This document shows positions 38,151-51,920 of a stretch of DNA of 64,000 bases, piece after piece; the stretch's first letter is position 1; each line of letters starts with the position of its first letter. This DNA comes from Chiloscyllium plagiosum (lineage: Eukaryota). The notes under the pieces were generated by a model, which saw only the letters and a list, made by a program, of their open reading frames with translations, searched no databases and was not told the DNA's origin. The stretch covers positions 7,365,593 to 7,429,592 of the forward strand of contig NC_057759.1 in assembly GCF_004010195.1 (NCBI RefSeq), given 5' to 3'. The translations under genes were made by a program, and so were the position numbers.

Positions 38151-39879
38151 TTATCATTCGGGTCAGCTTTCAACTTATGAAGTCATTCTGCTCTTACAAG
38201 CTGCTGTCAATCTGATTACTTCCTGGAACAGTTGGATTTGGCTGAATTCCCTTCGCTCTGGCAGTGGGGAGATTCCAATGAATCTTCGTCAGAAATCCTC
38301 CATGAGTGGTAAAGATGACTGAGGAGTTTTCAGCTCGCAGTTATTACTGGGAGGAGGAATACGGCAAGAGAGAGGGAGCAATAGGTCGTTGCCCTGTTCA
38401 GGAAGATTGCACCTTCTCCCTCTCTGAGTTGAAGCTCACAACAATATTATCTAGCCCCAAAGTGGACCGAATGAGGTCTCTTTGAACAGTGACCGAACTG
38501 CGTGAATTCATCACATTCCATGCTCCATATAATCACATCATTGTTGCTGTTGTACACAAAGCCATTTCTTTCGTAACAAATAGCCCCATTAGACTTGAAT
38601 ATGTGTTCAAATGTGCCAATATAATTTTAAACTACAACGTTTAGTATTTTCACGATGTTTGTATTTCAATAAATGCGTTTTATTCTTAAATGACCTCCCC
38701 AGTTTTATGCTCCCATACAAAATAAAATATTCAGCAGGTGTTCACGAGCTCAAAACCTTATGTGCACAGTAAGAACATTCCTCATTCTAAGGCCTAAACT
38801 ACTAATCGTGCATATCATTACACCTTCGTCCCAAGAATGAGCAAAGAGAAACATCTTTGAAAGCTTTCCAAAGCCATTGGTTTTTCACTTCAGAGAATTA
38901 CAACCTCACATGGTACATCAGGTACGGTCACATGAATGACCTGTACCAATGCAGTAAATCATCTTTAAAATCGTACCCGATACTGTTTGCAAGAAACAGT
39001 ACCATTCCATTTATTTTCCAAATCACGTGCAATATATAGAGACTAACTTGATGTGATTTGTGTGCAAGGACACAGGAATCTGCGTTCTGTCGCCAATTAT
39101 ATATTTTGAAGTTGTTTTATGCTTTCTCCAAATTCTCACAAATTTTGCAACACACACATTGTGCTATTTCACTTTTTGATAAGGTTTTTCTCAATTTCCT
39201 CCCCGTCTCTATCCCATTGCAGACACTCTGTCTCCATTTGATATCTTATTGAATGGCTTTCATGGTGTATGAGCAAACTAAGCTCCAATCCATTCAGCCC
39301 ATTTATTCAAATCATTAATCTAGTTTGTAATTTGTTCCTAACCTCAATTTGATCCCTGAGGAATCCCATTAGTTTTAGTTTTCCAAACTGAAAATCTGTA
39401 ATTACCCCGACCTCTAATCTATAGCTAATCGGGCTCCCCTGTTCCTGTGAAGCAGCTTAGAAAGGCTGTATTGCCTCCTGCTGTGCCGTCTCGCTGGTTG
39501 TCGAGGTGTTTCTGAGCTCAGCGATACTCCATTAGGACCATTTCTTTTCAGAGGTTGATGTCGTACTGTCAATGATCTTGATTTCTAAGAGTTTAAAAGA
39601 TGAGCACAGAACGTAGACTAATTTTCGAGTAGAACGCGACATGGTCAAAAATGCTGTCTTACAGATTAGATGGAGATCCATTCTGCAATCTCAGTCATGT
39701 GCTCAATTTTCACCAGACACATATTGACGAGGAAAGGATATTTCCCCTATTCCTAATTAACATGTGTCCCTTTAACAACGCAACGAATTCAAATATTTTT
39801 AATCATTAGTTTCAGTTTTGGTTTTTGATGCTGTCTTGAAAAATTTCCACAGTCACAACATATTAAAAAAAACTATTTT

Positions 39880-41450
39880 CTTTGAAGGGTGATCATATCG
39901 AGGTTCACAAAATCATGCTGCACATGGATCAGGTGAAAAGGCAAAGTTATTCCCTGGGGAGAAAGAGTCCAGAACTAGTGGGCTTAGGTTTTCACAATGA
40001 GGATGATGTGTGTATGGAATCAGCTGCCTGAGAAAGTGGTAGAGGCTTTTACAATTATACGTTTGAAAGGCCTCTGAATCGGTATATACAAAGGAATAGT
40101 TTAGAGGGAAATGGGTCAAATGCTGACATTGAGACTAAATTAATTTATGACATCTGGTTAGGAGGACTAAAAGACCTGTTCTGTAATGTATATCTCCATG
40201 ACACTATGAATACTTCATTCCATTCCTGTGTAACTCTTTAGAGGGGCAGAATGGGCTCCTCCTGTCTCATTGCAGTGATACTGACTGGCTGAATTGGGAC
40301 TTCCTCTGCCTCTGTAAGACCGCTTAGGGGTGCAGTGAAGGAGCAGCACATGTGGTTAGGAGTTGCAGTAGGCCATTTTAACCTTAAACCTGCTGTTCAG
40401 TTTAGAAACCTTACCATTTAGTGTATAAGTCCTGCCCGAATTTTCCTTTCCAAAATGTAGAACCTCACCTTTATCTAAATTAAACTCCATCCGCCACTCC
40501 TCAGCCCGTTGGCCCATCTGATCAAGATCCCGCTATATTCTGAGATAGCCTTCTTCTCTGTCCATTACACCTACAATTTTGGTGTCATCTGTAAACGAAC
40601 TAACCATACGTCCTATGTTAACATTCTAACCATTTATATAAATGATGAACAGCAGTGGACCCAGCACTGGTGCTTGTGACACACCACTGGTGATAGACCT
40701 CCAGGCTGAAAAGCAACCCTACTCCACCACCATCTATCTTCTAACTTCAGCCTAAATCCGAGTGACTAGTTCTTCCTATTTTCCATGAGATTTAACCTTA
40801 CTAAGCAGTCTACCATGAGTAAATTTGTCAAACGTTTTACTGAAGTCATGACCCCTGCTCTGCACTCATCAATCCGCTCCGCTGCTTCTTCCAAAATAGT
40901 CAACTTAATGAAATATAACTTCGTACGCACACAACCACGTTGACCAACCCTCACCAGACCTTGTACATCCAAATACATGTAAATCCTATCCTCAGGATTC
41001 CCTCCAACAGCTTGCCACCACAAATGTTAAGCTCAGTAGGCTATATTTCCCTGGTTCTTCTTTCCCATGTTGTTTGATAATGGCATCACGTTAGCCACCC
41101 GCATGTCTTCCTGTACCTCAACTGTGGCTACTGATGATAAAGATATCTCGGCAAGGTGGCCAGCAATCAGTTCCCGAGCTTCCCACAGAGTTGTCGGGTA
41201 ACCTGATCAGGACCCATGAAGTGCATTTTTTAAACAGCCTGTGGTTCGTGGATGGAATGAACATCCTGTGGAAGTGATGGATGTGGGTGAAGTTACAGCG
41301 TTTAATAGACATTTGATTAAATGCAAGAATTAAGAGAAAGTTTGAAATAAAAGGGGCCAAGTGTAGGCAAGTGGGAATGGTTTAGTTGGGGATCATCGTG
41401 AGAATGGACTGTATGGGCCGATAGATCTGCCTTCAAAGACTCTGTATAAC
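39880..41450. mobile_element. Cluster of decayed CR1 fragments on both strands
   Basis: gagtccagaactag 3'-end motif on + (~39965); RT fragment on - (40410-41220, DRIYMYLD). Confidence 0.75.
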
Positions 41451-42034
41451 TCGATAACACCATGTGTGTTTCTATGCTCAAGTATGCGTCTCTCTATTTG
41501 TGTCCGTGTTTATCTCTTTTCGTGTCCATATCTCTTTTCGTGTCTACATGAGTCTCTCAGTTCATATCTTACTTTCATTACATGCTATGTGTGTTCCTGC
41601 GTTTGTGTGTATACGTATGTTTGTATCTCTGCCTCTGCATCTCTGTACAACAGGAACTCTTTTGTGTTGGGGATGAATAATTGAAACGGGTGTCAAAACC
41701 TCCCTCCAACCCTCTTCCTCTGTCTGTTCCCCTTTTTGTTTAAAGTGATACAATGCCACACTCTTCTGGTCTGTTTTAGGACTTTTTCAGTCCTTTCTAA
41801 AATGTAAGATTATTTGCAAGTGACAGAAAGTGCATTAAAAATCATCTCATTTCCTTACAAAACAGTTCACTCAGAGTTGCTGGGATATAATTGCGATGAA
41901 ATGTGTGTCATGAAAACTGCACAAAGACAAATCATTTCTACTTTGCAGAGGGAGCACATACAATTCTCCAAATTAACTTATTCCACTCTGAGAGCCTCAG
42001 TGCACCAACAATCCTCTCGATGCCAACATAGTCA

Positions 42035-42850
42035 GCATGTGTGTGCCTATGTCAATATGTGTGTGCATGTCTGTGTGGATTTATGTATTTGCGTGTGTGT
42101 CTGTGTGTATGTATGTGTGTGTCTGGGTATATATTTGTGGGTGTCTGTGTTGGTCTGTGTGCGTGTGTGTGCGTGTTTGTGGTGTGTGGGTGTCTTTGTG
42201 TGTTGGTCCGTGTATATGTATCTATGTGTTGGCAGAGCATGAGTGTCTGTGTCTTTGTGTGTGCAGTGGGTGGGTGAATGTGTGTGTATGATTGTGTACG
42301 TGTGTTGGTTTGTAAGTGTGTGTGTGCATGTGTGTGCATGTCAAAGAGTGTAGCGGTGGAAAAGCACAGCAGATCAGACAGCATCCGAGATGCGGTAAAG
42401 TCGACATTTCACACATAAGCCCTTCGTCAGGAATGAGAACAAGATGGTAGAGGGATAAATGGGAGGGTGTGGGGTTGGGTAAAAGGCAGCTGGGAAAGCG
42501 GTGAGTCGATGATGATGAGGTGATAGGTTGTAGCGGAGGTTGGAGCAGAAGGTTGGGAAGGATAATGGAAAGACAGGGCGGTGCCAAATGGAGGATTGAA
42601 TCTGGGATAAGGTGGGGGGACGGGAAATGAGGAAACTAGTGAAATCTGTGTCTCTCTGTGTGTGGTGTGTCGGTGTCTCTGTGTGTTTGTCGTTCCGCAT
42701 CAGTGTATCATTGGACGTGTGTATTACTCTGCGTGTCTCTCTGCGTCTTTGTGTGTGTGTCTTTACGTGTGCTGTGCTACATGTGTGTGCGTGTGTGTAT
42801 ATGTGAGTATGTCTGTGTCTGTGTGTGTTAGTGATTTTTTTGTGTGTCTA
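42035..42850 (+). repeat. Degenerate (GT)n tract split by an older Penelope-like fragment (~42350-42645, - strand)
   Basis: GT-rich sequence. The insert has aaaagcacagcagatcagacagcatcc and a reverse ctgacgaagggcttat ... gaaa hammerhead remnant. Confidence 0.8.
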
Positions 42851-43311
42851 TGGTATATCAAAATTGTGTTGATCCCTTTGGCCATAAGCTGATTCCTGAC
42901 ACTGATTATTCCTAATTGTATCTACTAACCCCTCCAGAACATACCTCACTTGTTCATCTCATCTGCTATTACAACCTTGAGCTATGAAATACAGTCTTAA
43001 CGATGGCAATAATCTGCTGCTGGCCCTCCCAGCTTTACACCTGCAGAAGCAAATCTGAGTCGATACTCCATAACTCGCATCTGAACTCACACCAAAATCC
43101 CGTCATTTCTGCACAGATTGATTTATATTGTTGTTGGGTCTAGCAATGCCTTTGTTTTAATATCTTCAAGGACGTCGTCACCTCTGTCCATGACCCGGTC
43201 CTCAGTCTCTCTCTGTTTATTGCCCAAACCCCTGTCAGTTGTTCACATTTAAATTGATTTCCTCCATGTGTGTTCTCCCAAAAACAATAATGTTCGTATG
43301 TACTGCCACAA

Positions 43312-43337
43312 ACAACACACACACAGATACACACACA

Positions 43338-43395
<58 letters not shown>
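43312..43395 (+). repeat. (CA)n microsatellite
   Basis: Directly visible. Confidence 0.97.
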
Positions 43396-43399
<4 letters not shown>

Positions 43400-43504
43400 T
43401 CTGTGGGTTGAATTTGCATTTGCACATTTGTATTTGCAGACACATTGCATTTGACGACATGCATGTCCTTAACGGAGTGGGACGGGGGCAGGGAAATTGA
43501 ATTG

Positions 43505-43790
43505 TCTCTGACCTCCTTCATTGCAAAACCGTTACCACCTAACGTTAGTAGGAAGAACGCCTCATATTTCGCCTTGGGACCCTGCAATTATACGGGATCA
43601 ATGTGGATTTCAACAGTTTCCTCATGGCCCCTGCCCCCACATTTTCCCAGTCCATGCATCCAACTCGGCACTGCCGTCCTGACTTGCCACCACCATTCCC
43701 ATCTCTCTACTCCAACTTCCTTTACGACCCATCACCTTCTCCCTCACCTTCGTTGATCTGTCGCATTCTCAGCTACCTTCTAGTCTAATC
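43505..43790 (+). mobile_element. Penelope-like element fragment (endonuclease C-terminus + pyrimidine-rich 3' region)
   Basis: Translates to EERLIFRLGTLQLYGINVDFNSF, matching the typical end of Penelope GIY-YIG ORFs. Confidence 0.7.
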
Positions 43791-43984
43791 AAGTGAAGTT
43801 TGTTATTGCAAATTCTTCCCTTTCTGTAACCTATACGTTCCCTTTCAATTCCTGTGTAACAGGCACAAGGCTGTAGAAGAGCTGCTCCAATTGCTGTGTC
43901 AGAGGCACGAGTGACCGAATGGACTCATTCTGCTGCTCATTTGCACACCCAGTATCTGGTGTTCCAGCATTATCGCCTCAAAAT

Positions 43985-45640
43985 TTGGACAAGAGGGCAT
44001 AGCCTCAAAATTCGGGGGAAGAGATGTAGGACTGTAATAAGATGGAAGTTCTTGACCAAGAAGATTTTGAATCTGTGGAATTCCCTGCCCAGTGAAATAG
44101 TTGAAGCTTTGTCCATGAATGCTTTTGAAGCTAAGACAGACAACTTTTTGACCAGTAAATGAATTAACGGCTATGGTGAGAGGCTAGGTAAGTTGAGCTG
44201 AAGCCATGAAGAAATCTCATTGAATGGTGGAGCAGGCACAAAGGACCAGATGGCCTTCTCCTGCTCCGAGTACTTCTGTTCTTACGTAATGGATCAACAT
44301 GTAGACAAGTCAACAAGAAACGGGAATCATATTTGAGCAACTGACTGGTCGATACTTACAGAGAAGCAAAGGATGCAATACATTTGGATTTTCAGCAAGA
44401 TATTTGATAAAGTCTCCGGCCTACTTTGCAAAGTTAAATGTTGCAGGATTGGCGCCAAACTATGGACATGGTTTTAGAACAGGAGAGCTGACACAAAAGA
44501 GTGAATGGGAATAAACCAATCTGTTTTGAAATGGAGGGATCATATGATGTCGCAGGGATCAGTGCTTGCGTGCCAGCATGTCAAACATTTGGTTAAGAGA
44601 ATGAAATGCAATGTAACCAAGCGTGCTGATGGCAGGAAGCGATACTAAATTGTGAGTGCATGAGGAGGATGTAAAAAAGCTCCAAGGTGACTGAGATGAG
44701 TTGAGTGATGGGCAAATAAGTGGCAGATGAAGATTAATGTGGGTAGTTGTAACGTTGTACAATTTGGTTGGAAAAATAGAATAGCAGCCTACCATTTGCA
44801 AACAGATTAGTTAAAAATGATATTTAAAGGGACTTGTGCTCTTTTTGGTTTCTTCTGTGCAGTTCACTGGTCCGTTGAGTTGTGAAGCCAGAAATCAATA
44901 CTGGGAATGGCATTGACACGGTGACCAGTGTACATAGACCCAACAAGTGGGTAGCTGTAACATTGAAAAGGATCTGTATCTCCCTGTACACTAGACACTG
45001 AAAGTATTCTTGGAGGTACAGAAAGCAATTGGGAAGGTTAATGGTGTGTTGACATCCAATTCAGGGAGATTTGAGTGCAGAGACAATGATGTCTTGCTGC
45101 ATCTGTACTGGGGCTTGCCCAGACACCCATCTGGAACATTTTGCAGTATTGTGTGCAATTTTGGTCTTCTGACCTAATAAATGACACCTCTGGCATTGAG
45201 AGAGGGCAGTGAAGGATGACTAAACTAATCTCTGTGATGACAAGCTTCTAACATGAGCAGAGCTGGGGTCGACTGGGCCTGCATTCCATTGGGGTGAAGG
45301 AAAATGAGGTGAGATCGTATGAAAATATATAAACATCAGACAGCGTGAGACAGGTTGGAAGCAGAGATGATGATTCCCCTATCTGGCATCTCTGAAACAA
45401 GGCCACTCTGTGTTGGAATGATAACATTTGTGTGCATTCAGAAGCTGGTGAACGTGCGGACTTTTCTACCACATAAGGCTGCGGAAACCAAGGCACTGAA
45501 TATGAATTAGGATTTCTAGACACTAAAGGGAGAGAGAGCAGGAGTATGGTATGGATATAGAGGATCAACTATCATCGTATTGTATTGGGTAGAAACGTTG
45601 ACGGACCAAAGGAACTATTGACGTTCATATATTATAACTT
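43985..45640 (+). mobile_element. Decayed CR1 fragments
   Basis: TRGHSLKIRG ... LNLWNSLP 3'-end peptide; remnant cagggatcagtgctt and gtattgtgtgcaattttggtct. Confidence 0.7.
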
Positions 45641-46249
45641 CCCAAGATCAGACATATTGTGAGATATGTACACAGTGTCCGAAAAGTGAATTGAGTAGAT
45701 AGTTGGCCATGGACTAGAATGGCGGAGGCTCAATGTGCTGTTTGGCCTACTCCTTTCGCGATGTTTCTGTGCAGCCTATGGGAAAGCGCTATAGATGTTG
45801 TCACGAGTACTCAGATGTTAGGAAGGAGGCCTCTGCAGTGTCGACAGGACTGTGTTTCCCAATCCCTTTCCCAATACGGAGGGTGGTACAGGGTGTTTGT
45901 ACAGTTTTATCCTTTAGGAACTCGGAACAGTTTGATACAATTGAGTCTCTTGCTTTTCTGTTTCAGAGACCATTGAAGAGTTTATCATTTGTCTGTGTGT
46001 CTGGAAAACCGCTTAGGCCAGGGGATTTGCTTTCTGAAAGTACGTTGGGGAAGCAAATTTGACATTGACATTGGTTTCTAGGTCAATACTACTGCCATCA
46101 GACTTTAAATCTAGATATTTCATTAATTGTTTTTAACTTCCACCAGCTGCCAGAGAATTAACCTCGTCGGGATTAGTAATCCAGTGACATTTCTATAACA
46201 GCACCATCTCCACATGGGGCCCAATCAGAAACCATACTGAGCATGATAT

Positions 46250-47060
46250 TTTGGTGCTGCTTGACAGCTCTGTCAAAAACAACTCTCATCAATTTGACTA
46301 TCGTGATGGGACTGAGTGGGTGGTAATTGGTCACGTTGTAATTATTTCCCTCTTAGGGGGCAGGACGTAGTTAAGTAATTTTTCACACTGCCAGGCAGAT
46401 GACAGAGTTTGAGCTGAAATATAACAGCTTCCCCAGGACAAGGCTTGTTGTGCTGCTCAGGTGCTCAGTCTTATTGCAGGAATGGGATCAGAGCTCATTG
46501 CCATTATCGTATCTACTGTGTTCAATTGTTTCATGTCACGCACAGCGAATCGAATTGATTGTGGACTGGCACCTGTGATTCTGTGGGAATCATGATGAGG
46601 GTGAGGTAGAAAATTGACTCAAATGTTCGGGCTAAGGATGATGCAGATATTACATCCTTATCTTTTACACTGATGTGCAAGGCTGTTCCAGTATTTAGGA
46701 TGAGAACATGTGTGAAGCCATCTCCTTTGGTGAGTTGTTTAATCGTCCATCATTCTTTATGACTTGATGTGCAGAGCTTCAATCTGATGTTTGCCTTGGG
46801 ATCATTGCACGCTCTCTATTAGATGTTACTCCTGTTGTTGGAATGTAAGCAGTCAAGTGCGTTAGCTTTACGTGTTGTTATCAGTTTTAGGTACACATGG
46901 TTCTGATGTTAGTTTGGTTCTCCACACTCATCACTGGACCATAGATCAGCTTGATGGTTATAGTCGACTGAGGGATTATCCCAGACAAAAAGTTACAGTT
47001 TGTGATTGAGTGGGATTCTGCTGCTGCTGTGGTCGACACCGGCACATGATTGTCAGGATG
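46250..47060 (-). mobile_element. Ancient LINE RT fragment (CR1/L2 group)
   Basis: Minus-strand remnant of the 'NY.P.S' RT region (gatgggactgagtgggtggtaattgg). A similar family is at ~52990-53760. Confidence 0.5.
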
Positions 47061-47179
47061 TCTCGATTCAAGAAATCTCCGAGATCATTGCAAGCATTTG
47101 AAGAGGATTTTTAACCAGGAAATTAATTGAGGCCATTGAAAAATTGGTGATAAAACGACGTTTCAGAGTAATGGACTCT

Positions 47180-49070
47180 GAGTCGTGCAATATGCAAAAA
47201 GGAGCCCAACCTGCCCATGCTCACCAGATTTCCTGAACTGAACTCGTCCTATTTGTCTGTGTTTGGCACATATCTCTCTAAACAGTTCAATTCATGCCCC
47301 CATTGAATTGTCTTTTACGTGTTATAATTGTAATCGCCTGTACCACTTTCTCTGATAACTCGTTACATATACACACCACCCTCTGTGAGAAGCAGGTGCC
47401 TCAGAGATCCCTTTTAAATCTCCCACCTCTCACAATAAATCTATACTCTCTGGTTTTTGACACCTGTACCCTCCAACAAAGACCTTGGCTATTCACTCTA
47501 TTCATGCACCTCATGCTTTTGTAAACCTCGATAAGGTCACCTCTTCGCTTCGTATGCAAAATGGAAAAATAATCCCAGGCTATCCAATCTATCCTTATAT
47601 TTTAAAAACCCCAGTCTCCATCACATAATTTAAAACATTGTGCAGAGAAATCAGAGTCAATGTTTCGGGCACATTGACACTTCGTCCGAATGCTGAGGAC
47701 TAATGCAAATATCTCAATCAGTGGCCCTGCAATTTCTTCCCCAGCTACCCAAAAAAGTCCTGGGTATTTAACTACGGTTTTAGGACCGACTGCATTTTAA
47801 GAGCTCCAGCACTTCTTCCTCTGTAATGTTGACTCATTTCAAAACAGCCCAGCATGGATTTATTTCCCCGAATTCCATCGCTTCCATATCTTTCTCCAAA
47901 AGAAGTACTGATGAGAAATCTTTGTGTAGGATCTCACACATCGAGCAGGAACAGACTGGAAGGCAGCGCAGTGGGTGAGGTCTAATCCCTGTGAGGTAGT
48001 GTGAAAAGAGCATGGCCAGGCACTTATTGATCGTGTTGTTGAACTGTTAACTGTCTTTCCTATTTTGTCTCACTTTTTCAGGAAGAACTGCATTGTTTTA
48101 CATTTTAACATTGTTCTCTTCATTTTTCTGCTTTGCACCAAGAATCAGGACCTTGGGTGTTGGGGTGGAGGTTGGGGGGGTGGGGGGGGGCGGGGGGGCA
48201 GCGGTGGCAGGCTTTGCGCATAAGATTTTGTCACACTTGGCAACTTGTCCTCATGTGAGTTCATAAAACTAACCAATCTAATTCTTCCCTTGTGGGTCCA
48301 CACATAGATGGCTATTTGATCTTATGTTTTAATAAATATTTTTATTGAAGAAAAAGATATTTTAACAACATCTTATTTCAAACTTACAAAATAATACACA
48401 CAAATACAAACATTAATATACAATTAGATAGTAAATAAATAATGTCCACAACGTAGCAAACAAAGTGAAAAGGGGCCCTATTCTATCCCTAGTTACTCTT
48501 TACCATTAATAAACTTGTGGACCCTCTTGTGATACTTATAACCTCTATTTGCCAAATCTGTCTCATGTCCGCTTTTTGACCCCCTGATCTCTCCCAACAG
48601 TATACATTCCCCATTCCTCTTGAGGGACTCACTTGATCCCCGCTGCCTATACCTGACAATTACCGCTTTCTTTTTCCGTGACCATAGCCTCAATACACCC
48701 AATCATGTCCTGCTCCCTACTCGTGCGAGCATTTTCCTGCACATTAACAGGAACATACTGTCCCTGAACTCTCGTCATCTCGCTTGAAAAGACTCCCACT
48801 TGACAGATGTCCCGAGACCTGCAAACAGTTTCTCCAATCATATTTTCTAAGTTCTTCCTAATAACATCTAAATAAGCCTTGCACTAATTGATAACATTAA
48901 CTTGTGGACCAGGGCTATCCTTTCCCAGAACTATTTTTCAAACTAATAGAATTATAGTCACTGGTCCCAAAGTGCTCCCACTCTAACACTTGCCCTGTCT
49001 TATTTCCTAAGGAAAGGATATTATTAAACTGGAAAGAGTGAAGAAGAAATTTACAAGGATATTGCCTGGA
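47180..49070 (-). mobile_element. Decayed CR1 fragments
   Basis: 3'-end motif (tataaggtcacc-like), GHETDLANR peptide, gggagcactttgggaccagtgac. Confidence 0.7.
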
Positions 49071-49074
49071 CGCA

Positions 49075-51920
49075 GAGCTGCTGGTGGTGGATCGGTACCA
49101 AATTCGAGTTTATAGGTCAATGCAGTGTTGTGGTCGGCCTAGATCCTCGTGCTGGACAGATGTCTAGCTCGGGTTTATAGACCAATGCACTGCTGTGGCC
49201 TGCGTAGCTCGCCCTGCTAGACACACACCTCATACTTGTTTATAGATCAATGCACTGCTGTGGTTTGCATAGCTCCCTGTGCTGCACAGATATCTAGTCC
49301 GGGTTTACAGATCAATACAGTGCTATAGTCTGAACAGGATCTGTTGCTGGACGGATACGTAGTCTGTCTTTATAGATAAAGAGACCTGCTGTATTCTGCA
49401 CAGTTCCTGTTGCTGGACAGATATCCTGTCCGGGTTGATAGACCAGTGCACTGCTTTAGGCTGCATGCTACCCAACGCTGGTCACATATCCAGCCTGGGT
49501 TACATATCAATGCACTGCTGCGACATGAATGCCACTCACTGCTGGTCAGATATCTAGTCTGGGTTTATTGATCAAAGCACTGCTGTGGCCTGCATTGTTC
49601 CCTGTGATGGACAAATATCCAAGACTGGCTTTGTCGATCAATGCACTGCTGTGGTCTGCATAGCTCCCGGTGCTAGGCACATATCTAGTTCGGATTTATA
49701 GATCAATGCACTGTCGTATTCTGCATTGCTCCTGCTGCTGGACAGATACTTAGTCCGGGTTTATTGTGGTCTGCATAGGTCCCGGTTCTAGACAGATATC
49801 TAGTTCAGATTTATAGATCAATACACTGAAACCCTGCATAGATCCCTGTGCTGGACAGATATCTTGTCCGGGGGTTTATAGATCAATGCACTACTGTGGT
49901 CTGCATAGATGCCGCTGTTGGACCGATATCTATTCTGGGTTTATTGATGAATGCACAGCCGTGATCTGCATAACTTCATGTGCTGGATAGATTATCTAGT
50001 CCGTGTTTAAAGATCAATGCCATGCTGTTGTCGTCACAGTTGCCGGTGCTGTGCCGACATCTTCTCCATGTTAATGGAGCAATGCAATACTATGGCCTAC
50101 ATACTACCCAGTGTTGGACAGATATCTAGTCCGGGGTTATAGATCAATGCAATCATGCGTTCTGCATACCACCCGGTACTGGGCAAATATCTAGTTCAGG
50201 TGCATAGGTTAATGTACTACGATGGTCTGCATACATCCGGGTGCTGGACAGATATCTCGTCCGGGTTTATAGATCAATGTCCTGTTGCAATCAGCATAGC
50301 TCCTTGTGCTGAATAGATATCTGGTCGGGTTCATAGGTCAATGCAGTGCTGTGGTCTGCCTAGCTCCCCGTGCTGGACAGATGTCTAGCCCGGGTTTATA
50401 GACCAATGTAGTGCTGTGGCCTGCATAGTTACCCCTGTTAGACAGATATCTCATCCGTGTTTATAGACAATGCACTGCTGTGATGTGCATGGACTCCGTG
50501 CTGGACAGATATGTAGTCCAGTTTTGTAGATCAATGCTCTGCTGTAGTCTGCATAGCTCCCGGTGCTATGCAAACATCTTGTCTAGCTTTGTAGATCAAT
50601 ACACTGCTGATATCTGCATTGGTCCTGGTGCTGTACTGATACCTAGTCCTGCTTTGTAGATCAAGGCACTGCTGTGGCCTACATAGCTCCATGTGGTATA
50701 CAGATATCTGGTCCAGCTTTGTAGATCAACGAACTGGTGGGTCTGCATAGCTCCCTGTGATGTACAGATATCTAGTCCGGGTTTATAGATCAATACAGTG
50801 CTGTGGTCTGAAAGGTTCTGTTGCTGGACAGATACGTACTCTGTATTTATAAATCAAAGAACTGCTGCATTCTGCATAGCCTCTGTTGCTGGACAGATAT
50901 TTCTGTCCGGGTTTATAAATCAGTGCACTGCTTTAGTTTGCATACTACCTCACGCTGGTCACATATCCCGTCTGGGTTATAGATCAAGGCACTGCTGCGA
51001 TCTGAATGCCACTCGCTGCTGGTCAGATATCTAGTCTGTGTTTAATCATCAAAGCATTGCTGTTTCCTGTATTGCTCCCCGTGATGGACAAGTATCCTGT
51101 CCGTCTTTGTAGCTCAATGCACTGCTGTGGTCTGCATAGCTCCCCGCGCTAGACAGATATGTAGTTCGGATTTATAGCTTAATACACAGTTAAGTCTGCA
51201 TAGCTCCCCGTGTTGGATAGATATCTCGTCCAGGGGTTTATAGATTAGTGCACTTCTGTGTCTATATGGCTCCTGGTCCTGGACAGACATTGACTCCGGA
51301 TTGAGACATCCATGCACTGCTGTAGTCTGCACAGATCCCTGTACTGGATAGATACCTAGTCGGTGTTTATAGATCAATGCACTGCTGTGGTCTACATAGC
51401 TCCCCGTGCTGAAGTGTTATGTAGCCCGGGTTTACAGACCAATGCTCCGTTGTGATCTGCACAGCTTCCCGGTGCTGCACAGATATCCAGTGCGGGTTTA
51501 CAGATCAGTGCACTGCTGTTGCCTGCATAGCTCCCTGTTTAGACAGATATCTAGAGTCAGAGAGTCATAGAAATGTACAGCATGGAAACAGACCCTTCGG
51601 TCCAACCCGTCCATGCCGACCAGATGGTTTACAGATCAATTCACTGCTAATGTCTGCATAGCTCCCAGTGCGGGACAGATATGTTGCCCAGGTTTATGGA
51701 TTAATTTACTGCTGGTGTCTCTACAAGCTCCCAGTGCTGGACAGATATCTAGTCCGGGTTTATCGATCAATGCACTGCTGGGATTTGCGCAGCTCCCGGT
51801 ACTGGACAGAAAGCTAGTCTAGGTTTATAGATCAGTGTACTGCTGTGGTCTGTGTAGATCCCGGTGCTGGACAGATATCTAGTCAGGGTTTATTTATTAA
51901 TGTACTGCCGTGGTCTGCTC
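49075..51920. repeat. 65-bp minisatellite, roughly 40-44 diverged units
   Basis: Consensus agatatctagtccgggtttatagatcaatgcactgctgtggtctgcatagctcccggtgctggac with 65-nt spacing. A CR1 3'-tail fragment is inserted at ~51553-51625. Confidence 0.95.

Noticed and set aside
38320..38430. EEFSARSYYWEEEYGK resembling a PRY-SPRY 'YWEVEV' motif
   Set aside because: The similarity is too short and the flanking sequence does not continue the domain.
41464..43587. Cys/Val-rich and His/Thr-rich ORFs
   Set aside because: Translations of (GT)n/(CA)n microsatellites.
49075..51920. Regular repeat array as a CRISPR array
   Set aside because: Units are contiguous and diverged along their whole length with no unique spacers. 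The context is eukaryotic and there are no cas genes.
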